The notes: generated by a model from the sequence alone, not told the origin. 64,000 nt of DNA from Felis catus (GCF_018350175.1 NC_058377.1:21142001-21206000), one strand, 5' to 3'. Positions 51,191-61,964 are shown, counted from the stretch's first letter. Made by a program: numbers and translations.

Positions 51191-52114
51191 ATGGATACAG
51201 GAAACCATTCTTCAGTAACTGAGTTTATCCTTGAGGGGTTAACAGACCAGCCAGGACTCCAGCTCCCTCTCTTTTTCCTGTTTCTATTGATCTATATGGT
51301 CTGCATGGTGGGAAATTCGGGTTTGATCTTTTTAATTAGGATCAGTTCTCAGCTTCACACGCCCATGTATTATTTTCTCAGTAATTTGTCCTTCATAGAT
51401 CTCTGCTACTCCACTGTCATAATTCCCAAGATGTTGGTGAACTTTGTGTCAGAGAAGAATTTCACCTCCTTTCCTGAGTGTATGACCCAGCTCTTTTGCT
51501 TCTGCTTCTTTGGTATTGATGACTCCTACATGCTGACAGCAATGGCATATGATCGTTATGTTGCCATCTGTAACCCCTTGCTCTACAATGTCATAATGTC
51601 CCCAAGAATCTGTTTTCTACTGGCCACCAGTGTGTATACAGTGGGGATCATTGGAGCCTTGGTCCACACCAGCTACATATCTAGTCGATCCTTCTGTGGA
51701 ATGAACATCATCCACCATTACTTCTGTGACATCCTCCCTCTTCTGAATATATCTTGCTCAAGAGACTACACCAAGGAACTCTTGGTGATGATTTTGGTTG
51801 GCGTCAATGTATTTGCATGTGCTGTAGCCATCTTCATCTCTTATGCCTTCATTCTTTCCAGTATCTTATGCATCTGCTCAGCTGAAGGCAGGTCCAAAGC
51901 TTTCAGTACCTGCAGCTCACACCTTGCAGCTGTTGGGGTTTTCTATGGCTCCATCATTTTCATGTATTTTAAACCATATACCAGTGACATAATACAGGAG
52001 AAGGTGGCCTCTGTGTTCTATACCACAGTGATTCCCATGCTTAATCCCCTTATCTACAGCCTTAGGAACAAGGATGTCAAAGAATCCCTTAAAAGAGTTC
52101 TTAATGGTGGGTAA
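51191..52114 (+). CDS. Olfactory receptor, family 8 (OR8D/OR8F-like; intact, 307 aa)
   Basis: OR motifs [50 protein letters not shown]; NHS glycosylation site; TM3 reads [10 protein letters not shown]. Confidence 0.96.
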   Translation: MDTGNHSSVTEFILEGLTDQPGLQLPLFFLFLLIYMVCMVGNSGLIFLIRISSQLHTPMYYFLSNLSFIDLCYSTVIIPKMLVNFVSEKNFTSFPECMTQLFCFCFFGIDDSYMLTAMAYDRYVAICNPLLYNVIMSPRICFLLATSVYTVGIIGALVHTSYISSRSFCGMNIIHHYFCDILPLLNISCSRDYTKELLVMILVGVNVFACAVAIFISYAFILSSILCICSAEGRSKAFSTCSSHLAAVGVFYGSIIFMYFKPYTSDIIQEKVASVFYTTVIPMLNPLIYSLRNKDVKESLKRVLNGG

Positions 52115-52161
52115 CTTTCTGGGTCTGTGTAGAAAAGAGCACTTTTTAAAAGAAAAAGCAC

Positions 52162-52384
52162 GGGGCGCCTGGGTGGCGCAGTCGGTTAAGCGTCCGACTT
52201 CAGCCAGGTCATGATCTCGTGGTCTGTGAGTTTGAGCCCCGCGTCGGGCTCTGCGTTGATGGCTCAGAGCCTGGAGCCTGTTTCCGATTCTGTGTCTCCC
52301 TCTCTCTCTGCCCCTCGCCCGTTCGTGCTCTGTCTCTCTCTGTCCCAAAAATAAATAAACGTCGAAAAAAAAAATTAAAAAAAA
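52162..52384 (+). mobile_element. Young cat-type Can-SINE 47 bp after the OR stop codon
   Basis: CpG-rich body; TSD aaaagaaaaagcac at 52148-52161 and 52385-52398. Confidence 0.98.
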
Positions 52385-52980
52385 AAAAGAAAAAGCACCT
52401 TTGAACATAGATCTTACCTTATGTTTTATTCCTTCTCTTTTTAAGAGTAACTGATTAGTTGCAAATCAAGGGCTGTCTTAAACTAAAATGTCCTAATGAT
52501 TTATTTTCGTGACACTCACTTTCTCTTTAGGTGCTCCTACTCCCAATACCCAATGATCCCTTTACTCTCTCTAGTCAAGCCACTCAAGAAACAGACATCC
52601 TAGCCTACATTCTTACTCACTCTAAATATATATACATCAGAAACCTTCCTTTGTGTAATTGTCCTTGCTAAACAGCAAACACCTAATCAAACCTGTTGTA
52701 AAGTTGTAATGTCTAATGATGGCTGAATGTGTAAATCCCCTCAGGAACTGGCATTTTAAAACACAAGAGGGTTACAGAAGCAATGGACATTTGTTAGTAG
52801 AATTTTAAGGGAATATAGTTGCTAGTAAATAAGAAGAAATAGGAATTTCATAAGATTTCTAGCTGTTGTTATAACCACTGAAAATAGGATCTGTCTTGTG
52901 GAGGGGTCAAATGAGGTGAAGGTTGGGGAGGGGATGGCAGAAAGGGACAAAATGATGTTATTTTTAAATTTTCACTATAA

Positions 52981-53191
52981 CTTTAATGTTTATTTATTTT
53001 GAGAGAGAAAATGAGGGGGGGGGGAATGGAGAGAGAGGTAGAGAGAGAATCCCAAGCAGGCTCCCACTGTCAGCACAGAGACTGACATGGAACTCAATCT
53101 CATGAACTGAGAGATCTCCTGAATGGTGAGATCATGTCCTGAGCCAAAATCAAGAGTCGGTCACTTAACTGACTCAGCCACCCAGGCACCC
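52981..53191 (-). mobile_element. Can-SINE (older)
   Basis: Antisense SINEC body flanked by copies of aa(t/c)tttcacta(t/a)aa. Confidence 0.92.
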
Positions 53192-53206
53192 TTAACTTTC
53201 ACTAAA

Positions 53207-53434
53207 ATTTTATTTTATTTTATTTTATTTTACTTATTTTTAACATTTATTTTTGAGAGACAGAGAGAGACAGAGCATGAATGGGGAAGAGAGAAGGAGA
53301 CACAGAATCTGAAGCAGGCTCCAGGCTCTGAGCTGTCAGCACAGAGCCTGATGCAGGGCTCGACCCACAGACCATGAGATCATGACCTGAGCCAAAGTTG
53401 GGATGCTCAACTGACTGAGCCACACAGGTGCCCC
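53207..53434 (-). mobile_element. Can-SINE
   Basis: Antisense SINEC body flanked by copies of the same target site. Confidence 0.93.
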
Positions 53435-54862
53435 AATTTTCACTATAATTTTAATTTACATATTTTATTTCCAGATTATTCCATACTTTGACTCCTTTCT
53501 GTTAGATCTCAAGATGACTTCCCTCTGGATGACTCCCTTAATTATTCACTATTTATTCTCCCACTATTAAGAATAATCCCAGAGTCTCTACACACCATTA
53601 AAATTCATTCAGTCAATCAATAATATTTTCTGCACAACTATGTGTCAGACAAACAAAAATTTCTATCCTTGTTGGAAGCAAATAACGAACCCATGAACAA
53701 GAAAACATGTATTATCCAGTGATGATCAGTGCTATAGGATAAACTAAAGCAGAGAAGGGGGATGGGCACTGGGAGGAGAAGAAGCTTACTCTTTCAATCC
53801 CGGAGGTCAGACTCTGAGAAATATGGTATTTCCTAGAAGCCTGAAGGAAGTAGGGAATCAACTTATGTGACTGAGAGAAGAAAACTTCAGGCAAAGAGAA
53901 TATCAAATATAATCTCTGAAATAGAAGCATGTTGGGGCACTTTTAAGTAACTGTAGTTTGGAGAATGTGCTTTAAAGAGAGTGAATGGGGGGCAGAGTCA
54001 TGAAAAGTAATATCAGAAGGATGGTGGAGGAGGGAGACAAAATCTGTAGAGCCTGAACACAAGTTTGAAAGGTTTGACTGTTCCTCTAAGTGAAATAGGA
54101 AGCCACTGATGGGTTTCAACAGAATGATCTGATCTGATCAATAAATCATTTTTGCTCTTTCCATTGAATGGACCTAGAAGCAATGAAATCCAAGTAACAA
54201 AGTTCATGCCTATCATCCAATGATAATTTGGTTTCTATCACAACCCACTGAAAGAAACAAGGACTTCATGGAGAAATGGTCAATTCCAGGGTGGGGTACC
54301 TAAAATTCAAGATGAACCTAGAACATCTTAGTATTGCACAGAATAAATAAGTGCCCCCAAGTTTACACAGATGTGTCAAAAGGGAAGACAAATTTACTGG
54401 ACAAATTTAGGAGAATTTGACCATCAAAATGAATTGCTTCTGAGAATCTATGGTTCCTTACTGATACAAGCATACTGACAATAAAATAAAAAGTATTAGA
54501 AAAGGGAAAGCTCTTTACTGAAAACACCAGCTAATAAATTCAGAAGAAATTATATAATTAGAAACACAGAATATTACAGCGACCATGCTAATAACTGAAT
54601 TAGGTAAGAATCATCAATAGAAACTCTATGTCAAGTCTTGGTTATTTTTGTATTAGTAAATAATTGAAGGGATTTTAAAAATTTTCTTCACTTAGATTCT
54701 ATGAGGATAAAGGAGATGAAGTTTTCTAAGTTTCTACTTTATGCCTAAACACTTTAGAATGTCCTACCTTGTTCATTAAATAAGCTTGATATTAGCAAAA
54801 TGCAGAAAATTCTAGAAAAATAACACAGGTCTCTAATGGCAGTGAAGCATATCTAATTGAAC

Positions 54863-55962
54863 TTATCTTAGTGATAAAACCTGAGCTTGAGATAAGTTCT
54901 TCTTTTCTCTCCATTTTCCCTTCTGTTTTATTCCTATTTGTGTCTCTTGAACTCTGTATATTCACTCTCTTATAGTTCCCCCCATCTCTTCCCAGCCCCA
55001 CACGTATGAATGAGTTCGCTTTCTGTTTAAGTTCCATAGTGTCCATTTACATAATATTGAAAGAAACAAAAATGTGAACCTGACTTACCAGTAAGAATGA
55101 TGAAATAAACACAAATTACAGAATACTAATCTGACATATATAAAGTGAAATACAAAAAAAAAAAAACTAGTTAAAAAATCCATGAAATGAACGTCAAAAT
55201 ATGGCAGTGAGGGAAATTGGTGTTCTCACAAAATTGTGAGAATTCTTACTAATGCCATCATTTTAGAGAGAAACAGACTGATGCTGAGGACAAACCCATA
55301 TTCCTTTTCCTCTTTCCTAATCACCATTAGGAAGAGATATTACATATGGATGAGATTAGGAAGAGATACAACATCAAACCAGTGCTGACTCTCTAATATA
55401 GAGGTTCCCAATTCCTTTGGGGGGATCAAAGACCATTTAGGTGGTCAGATGAAGAATCAGGTTCTTTCTTAGAATAATGTTTTTAACTGTATAATATACA
55501 TTTGTTAAAAAATTATACCACTGATATCACAATATTTAAAATAAATTTGTGGCTTCTTTATTAGTGAAATAAATCACAAGAGCTGGTAGCAGATCAAATA
55601 ATTTCTATAATTTGAGGTAGCAGTGGGTACAAATGGTCATGATCAGTACTCCATTTCATCCTAAGGACCCCTATAACATCCCTGTAACATATGTACAGCA
55701 ACCTCAATGTGATAGAAAAATAGATGTGATTCTGTTGGTGACAAAGTCATAGATAATTATATATTTTAACATGATCAGTTACTAAGATGCTGACTTGACG
55801 GTAATGTTAAAATTTAATTAGAGATTAGTGAAAATAAACTTCCTATTGAAGTTTTCATACCTGTACACTCCAATTTAAGAAGTGTTTCTCTACTGGAAGC
55901 AAAGTCTCCAGGGCTCCATACTCAGTTTTAGTAACTAAATTATCTTAGTGATAAAACCTGAG
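54863..55962 (+). repeat. Perfect 23-bp direct repeat (54863-54885 and 55940-55962)
   Basis: ttatcttagtgataaaacctgag occurs twice, 1077 bp apart. Confidence 0.9.
55396..55930. mobile_element. Probable hAT-Charlie-type DNA transposon relic
   Basis: Motifs cttagaataatgtttttaa, gtgattctgttggtgacaaagtca, agagattagtgaaaataaa resemble ancient Charlie elements as recalled; subfamily not assigned. Confidence 0.45.
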
Positions 55963-56935
55963 ACTGAGAATCCTAAGACTATCCCAGTGGGCATACCTTC
56001 CTCTCCTGCGTAGGTGGAGTGAATTTGGATTCAACGCATGAAACAAAATCTCAGGAAAAAGCAAAACACCCAGTTCATCAAAGATGAGATACACACAAAA
56101 TTCTTTCCCCCATCTGCCCCCATACTCCCAGGTTAAACAAAAGTGCAAAAAACATAATAAGTCCTTAAATTATACCTCAAAGGGGAGAAGGCATAGTTCT
56201 CAGATAATCTGGAAGAGGATTCCATGTGAGTTCACACACTACATATATCCAAGATATACAGAACTGACTGCATTGGAAGTGAGCAAATGAAAAAGATCAC
56301 AAACGGTGACTGCACAGAAAATAAAGGAAGGAAGGAAATAAGAAAAGTGAACAAAACAGACAAAAACACAAGTTTTTGTGAAGGACCACTGCACATACCC
56401 AAGAACACCCCTTCTCTTTCTAAAGGGACAGCAGGTACCTGTTCAGTGGAGACAAGAAAGTCCCATAACCCCATAGATATATATCTTATGGGTTATACTA
56501 ATCAGAAGCTAAGCAATTTCTTCCATTTAAAATTGGGTTACTTTGTTTCTTCTATGATGATGAAAATTTATAAAATATTTTGTTTACGAAAGCTTGCATT
56601 GTGTAAAACCATTTTAATAAACTGATTTTGACCTGTTACTTCTGTGTAACTATCTGGGTGTGCATTTGTCTCTGTATATATGATTACTTACTGGTATTTT
56701 GCTTAGTATGTGTGTATAAGCAAGTGTGAGATGACTTTTACTCCTTTCCCATTTTACCTTTATCTTATTTGAACACCTTTGAAATTAGCATAAATCATTT
56801 TGAAAAATATTTAAGTGATTCTAGAAAATAAAATATCTATAGGTTTGACCAGATAAAATAAAACACTGTCATCTGTTCCCTGTGCAATATGCCAGAAATT
56901 TTTGTTTCATTTTTCAGTAATTGTTGCTGTTGTTT

Positions 56936-56940
56936 GGTGT

Positions 56941-56990
<50 letters not shown>
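56936..56990 (+). repeat. (TG)n microsatellite
   Basis: Directly visible. Confidence 0.97.
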
Positions 56991-56992
<2 letters not shown>

Positions 56993-57651
56993 TTTAGATT
57001 GTTGAGCCGGGAAAGGTTTGTACTGAAAAATGCAACAGAACACCACTATATAGTGGTATTGTCTCCTTAACTTTTGCTAAACTGAAGAGTAAGTGCAGCA
57101 TTAAGACAGAATTGATGGTATTAAAACAACCAGTAGATAAATTGAGGGAGAGAGTAGTTATTATTGAGACTGCTTTCCTAACACTTAATAAAACGTGATG
57201 TCCCAGCACTGAGGGCTCCAGCACTGGAAGATGCTGTCTCCGCTCAATCCATAATTGCTGAGAACCTATTTATTTGTTCCAGACACTGAGGAATCTTTGA
57301 AGGTATAAAAATTATTGACAGCTTTGACCTACTCAGATACTTGCCAATAATATTAAAGATCAGATTGTATTGGGTTTTTTTTTTTTTGTTTCTGCAAACG
57401 TTATGATCCTCTTTACCTAAATGTAACACAATCCTGACATGGAAAGTACAGTCATAATTCTGAACATGATTAAATTAAAATGTAGTTATAATAATTCACC
57501 AGCTTATATTTGACAACCTATTTAAATTCGATGGTGAGATGTATTTCCTGTCACAACAATCACAAAGCAATTACCAATCATAGAAACATAGATTCTTTAA
57601 ATCCTGTGATTTTTCTTTTTTGAGTTTCATATCCCCTGCTTTCTGAACCAA

Positions 57652-58600
57652 ATGACCAGGTGCAATTATTCCAGGATGATTGAGTTTGCCCTTGAAGGAG
57701 TCACAGATTGAACCAAAAATCAAGCTGCCTTTCTTCCTCCTTAGATCCTTTCTGGGGATCTATGGGGTCCCTGTGGTGGGGAATTTCAGTATATGATCCT
57801 GAAATTGCTTTCTATTTCAAACTCCAATATCCCAAGTACTTATTTCTCCATAATTTGTCAATCTTAGATCTCTTTCATTACTCACTTGTGACCCCCCCCC
57901 CCCCAATCTCCTGGGAAATTCTGTATGGGAGCAAAATGTTATCTCCTATCCTGGTTGTATGGCATAGTGTTTTTTCCTTTTGTTTCATTTTGTTTGCTGA
58001 GCTCCTTATGTTGTCTGCCGTAGCACGTGACAGATACATAGCTATCTGTAGTCCATTGCTCTACAGTGCCACCATGTACCAAAAGGTATGCAATGTGTTG
58101 GTGACTAGGGTCTATATGGTGACAGCGTTAGGACCTATAGCCCACATGATCTCCATGATCAGGCTTTCCTTCTGTGGGGAAAAATATCATCTACCATTAC
58201 TTCTGTGTCATATTGCCTCTCTTAAAGCTCTCCTGCCCCAGCATCTACTTAAATGAGCTCCTCAAGATACCTGTAGGTAAATTCAATCTGTTGGCAACAG
58301 CTATCATCATCATCTCTTACCCCTTCATATTCTCCAACATTCTTCGAAAATCCTCAGCTGCAGGCAAGCCCAAAGCTTTTAGTACCTGCAGCTTTCATTT
58401 ACAGCTGCTGGAAATTTATGGATCCATCATATTTGTGCATTTTAAGCCAATCTCCAGTAGCAGCAACATGGCTCAGGGGAAGGTGGCCTCTATTTTACAT
58501 CTCTGTGATCCTTATTGATCTATTGCTGAATCCCTTGATCTATAGCTTGAGAAGTAAGGATGTAAAGAATATGCTGAGAAAAGTCATGGGGAAGAGGTAT
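57652..58600 (+). pseudogene. Decayed family-8 olfactory receptor pseudogene
   Basis: Starts MTRCNYSRMIEFALEGVTD* (TGA at codon 20); fragments [46 protein letters not shown] lie in three frames; C-run expansion at ~57892-57904. Confidence 0.93.
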
Positions 58601-58695
58601 GTAGCATCGCAGGGTACTAGTTATGGTCACAGTGTGTTTCTTTGTTTCTCTGAAACTAACTTTCTTCTCAGTTTCTTAAAAGTAACATCCTGGGT

Positions 58696-58854
58696 GGGGG
58701 CACTTGGATGGCTCAGTTCGTTGAGTGTCTGACTCTTTGTTTGGCTGAGGTCATGATATCATGGTACATGGGACTGAGCCCCACATCAGGCTCCGCACGC
58801 ACATGTGCATGCTTTCTCTCTCTCTCCCTCAAAATAAATAAATAAACATTTTTT
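58696..58854 (+). mobile_element. Older Can-SINE
   Basis: Diverged SINEC head and (CT)n; its tail is interrupted by a young SINE. Confidence 0.85.
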
Positions 58855-59077
58855 ATTTTTAAAAAATTTTTTTTCAACGTTTATTTATTTTTGGGACAGA
58901 GAGAGACAGAGCATGAACGGGGGAGGGGCAGAGAGAGAGGGAGACACAGAATCGGAAACAGGCTCCAGGCTCTGAGCCATCAGCCCAGAGCCCGACGCGG
59001 GGCTCGAACTCACAGACCGCGAGATCGTGACCTGGCTGAAGTCGGATGCTTAACCGACTGCGCCACCCAGGCGCCCC
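58855..59077 (-). mobile_element. Young cat-type Can-SINE nested in the tail of an older SINE
   Basis: CpG-intact body; TSD taaacatttttt at 58843-58854 and 59078-59089. Confidence 0.97.
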
Positions 59078-59158
59078 TAAACATTTTTTTTAAAATAAAC
59101 ATTCTGTTCTCGTCCTTTCCATTATAACTGGCAGATGTTACCCTTTTGTTGGAGTCGA

Positions 59159-59163
<5 letters not shown>

Positions 59164-59201
<38 letters not shown>
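59164..59201 (+). repeat. (AC)n microsatellite
   Basis: Directly visible. Confidence 0.97.
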
Positions 59202-59203
<2 letters not shown>

Positions 59204-59691
59204 CTTGAGCAAACTATTACATGATATGATTCAGTGGGCTCATGATGAGGCTTGATGGAGTTTATTTTGAAATTCTTCTCAGGTGAATTTTCATTGTCCT
59301 CCTTATGTATTGAGAAAAACTGGGGTAGAATATTTTTCCTTGAGTTATTAAAATAATTGTATACTTGTCTGACTTGACAAGATTATATCAAGAATAAATA
59401 TATAAGTACAGTTTAATAATAAAAACTCAAAACCCAAATAAAAAAAATGGCAAAAGCTTTAACCAGACACTTCACAAACAAGATAGAGGAATGACCAGTA
59501 AACACATGAAGACATGTTTAACATCATCAGTCACCAAAAAAAGCAAATGAAACTAGCTAAAATTTAAACAAAACAAAAATGTATGAAACCAAGTGTTGGC
59601 TAAAATGTGGACCAGCTGTGAGTCTTATGCATAGGTAGTTGTTGAAAATGTAAGATGTACAACCATATTAGAAAACAGCTTGGCAGTTTCC

Positions 59692-59894
59692 TTTTTTTCT
59701 AATGTTTATTTATTTATTAAGAGAGAGAGAGAGAGCAGGGAAGGGGCAGAGAGAGAGAAAGAGAGAAAGAGTCCCAAGCAGGCTCCATTATCAGCACAGA
59801 GTGGTTGTGGGGCCCTGTCTCATGCCTGTGAGACCATTACCGGAGCTCAAATCAAGAGTTGGACACTTAACTGAGTGAGCTACCCAGGCACCCC
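59692..59894 (-). mobile_element. Can-SINE (older)
   Basis: Antisense SINEC body, with ttggcag-containing flanks on both sides. Confidence 0.9.
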
Positions 59895-59927
59895 AGTTTG
59901 GCAGATCCTTACAAATTAAATACAACT

Positions 59928-60136
59928 GGAGTGCCTGGGTGGCTAGTCTATTAAGCACCCGACTCTGGATCTCAGCTTGGGCCATGATCTCTGGTTAGTG
60001 GGATTGAGCCCCTCGTGTGGTCTCTGTGCTGACAGGGTGGAGTGTGCTTGAGATGATCTCTTTCTCTCTCTCTCTGCCCCACCCCCAATCATTCTCTCTC
60101 TCTCTCTCTCTCTCAATAAATAAATAAACTTAAAAA
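59928..60136 (+). mobile_element. Can-SINE (older)
   Basis: SINEC head, (CT)n, poly-A. Confidence 0.9.
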
Positions 60137-60292
60137 AATTAAGCATATGACTGTCATACTACCCAGCGATTCCACTAGAAGGTATTTATTCAAAATAAAT
60201 GAAATATATGCCCTGATAAAGACATGACACAAAAAAATTCACACAAGCTTTATCTGTAATAGTCCCAAACTAGAAACAACCCAAATACCCAT

Positions 60293-60729
60293 TGTGGGTA
60301 AGTAGATTCTACTTACATAAATGGGTTAGAAAAAAGCTTAGGGCAGAAAGCTACCACCACAGGGCAAAAGCGCCCCATGCTAGGTAGCGAGATATTGGTA
60401 GTGAGGTAATGGGATCATGAGTAAAATCACTTTCCATCTGATACCAATGTGCTTTGAGTACAAACTCCACTTGCTCCCTAGACCCTTTGCTTCTTTGCAT
60501 ACACAAGTTAATGATTACTGTCTGATTGTTTTCTCCACGTTCATGTGTGTAAGATCTTGTTTTCTTCACATTCACCACGTGGGTAATATCTTGTGAGCTC
60601 AATAAATACGGACACAAAACCCTTGTTTGGGACTCTTGTCTCCTCCCTGACATTAGCCTCTCTCATAGTAAATTCTGCATCTGTTCTCTTGCTGGACAAG
60701 AGAGAAGTCCAGACTCATAGTCTGTGCCA
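60293..60729 (+). mobile_element. 5' LTR of a class II (betaretrovirus-like) ERV
   Basis: Begins TG where the L1M sequence stops and ends CA 2 nt before a PBS; AATAAATA (60601-60608) and AGTAAA (60667-60672) resemble the HERV-K TATA-like box and the MMTV poly(A) signal; 437 bp. Confidence 0.8.
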
Positions 60730-60731
60730 GA

Positions 60732-60749
60732 TGGTGACCCTAATGTGAT
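60732..60749 (+). promoter_or_regulatory. Primer-binding site complementary to tRNA-Trp
   Basis: TGGTGACCCTAATGTGAT versus the tRNA-Trp(CCA) complement TGGTGACCCCGACGTGAT: 15/18 identical, all 3 mismatches at CpG positions. Confidence 0.85.
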
Positions 60750-61215
60750 AGAAGGCAACGTGAAGCAGATATGATAGAAGGTGAGGTGGCTAGAAGAAAT
60801 GCCAACGTGACTAAGAAGTTGATGTGACAGAAGAGGTTGTGATTAGAAGCGGATGTGGCTGAGAAGGTGACGTGGCTAGAGGCCAATATGACTAGGAGCC
60901 AACGTGGCTAAAGAAGCCTACATGACTAGAAGTGGATGTGGCAGGGGCCCTTGGGTGGCGCAGTCGGTTGAGCGTCCGACTTCAGCCAGGTCGCGATCTC
61001 GCGGTCCGTGAGTTCGAGCCTGGCGTCAGGCTCTGGGCTGATGGCTCAGAGCCTGGAGCCTGGAGCCTGTTTCCGGTTCTGTGTCTCCCTCTCTCTCTGC
61101 CCCTCCCCCGTTCATGCTCTGTCTCTCTCTGTCCCCAAAATAAATAAACGTTGAAAAAAAAAAAAAAAAGAAAAAGAAGTGGATGTGGCTAAGAAGCCCA
61201 TGTAACTCAAGGACT
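60741..61215 (+). repeat. Degenerate ~16-bp minisatellite in the ERV leader (consensus ~CCGACGTGRCTAGAAG)
   Basis: About 14 units mostly ending in GAAG; split by a SINE insertion. Confidence 0.85.
60944..61174 (+). mobile_element. Cat-type Can-SINE inside the ERV leader
   Basis: TSD agaagtggatgtggc at 60928-60942 and 61175-61189; internal duplication gcctggagcctggagcc. Confidence 0.97.
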
Positions 61216-61348
61216 GCAGAACACTGTGGAATGACTAGAGCTTGTAAAAAAAGAAAAAGTGCACCGGACTACAATCTCTCCTGACCAGGTAACAGAAAAA
61301 CGAAACTATATTAGGATTCGCTGCCATGGAACTTTTGAAAGAATCATT

Positions 61349-61964
61349 ATAGGAGACTCCCTATCTCTAGAACAAGAACAATACATTCATATAGCACTCC
61401 TTAAATTATTAATAATTAGGGGCGCCTGGGTGGTGCAGTCGGTTAAGCATCCGACTTCAGCCAGGTCACGATCTCGCGGTCCGGGAGTTCGAGCCCTGCG
61501 TCGGGCTCTGGGCTGATGGCTCAGAGCCTGGAGCCTGTTTCCGATTCTGTGTCTCCCTGTCTCTCTGCCCCTCCCCCGTTCATGCTCTGTCTCTCTCTGT
61601 CCCCAAAAATAAATAAACGTTGAAAAAAAATGTATTAATAATTATCCAGCAACATTACCCTTGGTTTCTCGAGCAAGGAACCTTCAACCTAGACATTTGG
61701 GAACAAATAGGTAAAACAATAAAGGCACGCCATACAGAAAGCACCAATGTGCTGCTTGAAGTTATTCTTACATGGTCTCTTGTCCATTTGGCTATTCTCC
61801 CCCTGAGTGCAGATGATGTTTATGAAGACATAGGCCCACTCAAAGTAAATAAAAAATTTTCCAAGGAACTTAAACCTCCTTATTGTCAGCCAGCCCCTTC
61901 GGCACCCCTACACCCAGAGAACGCTGACTCCCCCTGTGTCATTGGGGAAAATCTAACCTTTTAA
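61349..61964 (+). pseudogene. gag: ERV gag matrix (MA) remnant, betaretrovirus-like, split by a SINE
   Basis: Removing the SINE and one TSD gives an in-frame (M>I)GDSLSLEQEQYIHIALLKLLIIIQQHYPWFLEQGTFNLDIWEQIGKTIK, matching the class II MA motif PWF.E.G..L..W..VG; the start codon is ATA instead of ATG. Confidence 0.85.
61419..61632 (+). mobile_element. Young cat-type Can-SINE inside ERV gag
   Basis: TSD tattaataatta at 61407-61418 and 61633-61644. Confidence 0.97.

Larger units (their letters stand above)
59390..60292 (+). mobile_element. Old L1M 3' region, interrupted by two SINEs and ending at the ERV insertion point
   Basis: aatggcaaaagctttaaccagacacttcacaaac...; aatagtcccaaactagaaacaacccaaatacccat. 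Confidence 0.75.

Noticed and set aside
51917-52408. 163-aa antisense ORF overlapping the OR 3' end
   Set aside because: It consists of antisense SINE sequence plus the OR antisense strand, and the same peptide recurs at other SINE copies.
60741-61215. Leader repeats as a CRISPR-like array
   Set aside because: The units are degenerate tandem copies without unique spacers, in a mammalian retroviral context.
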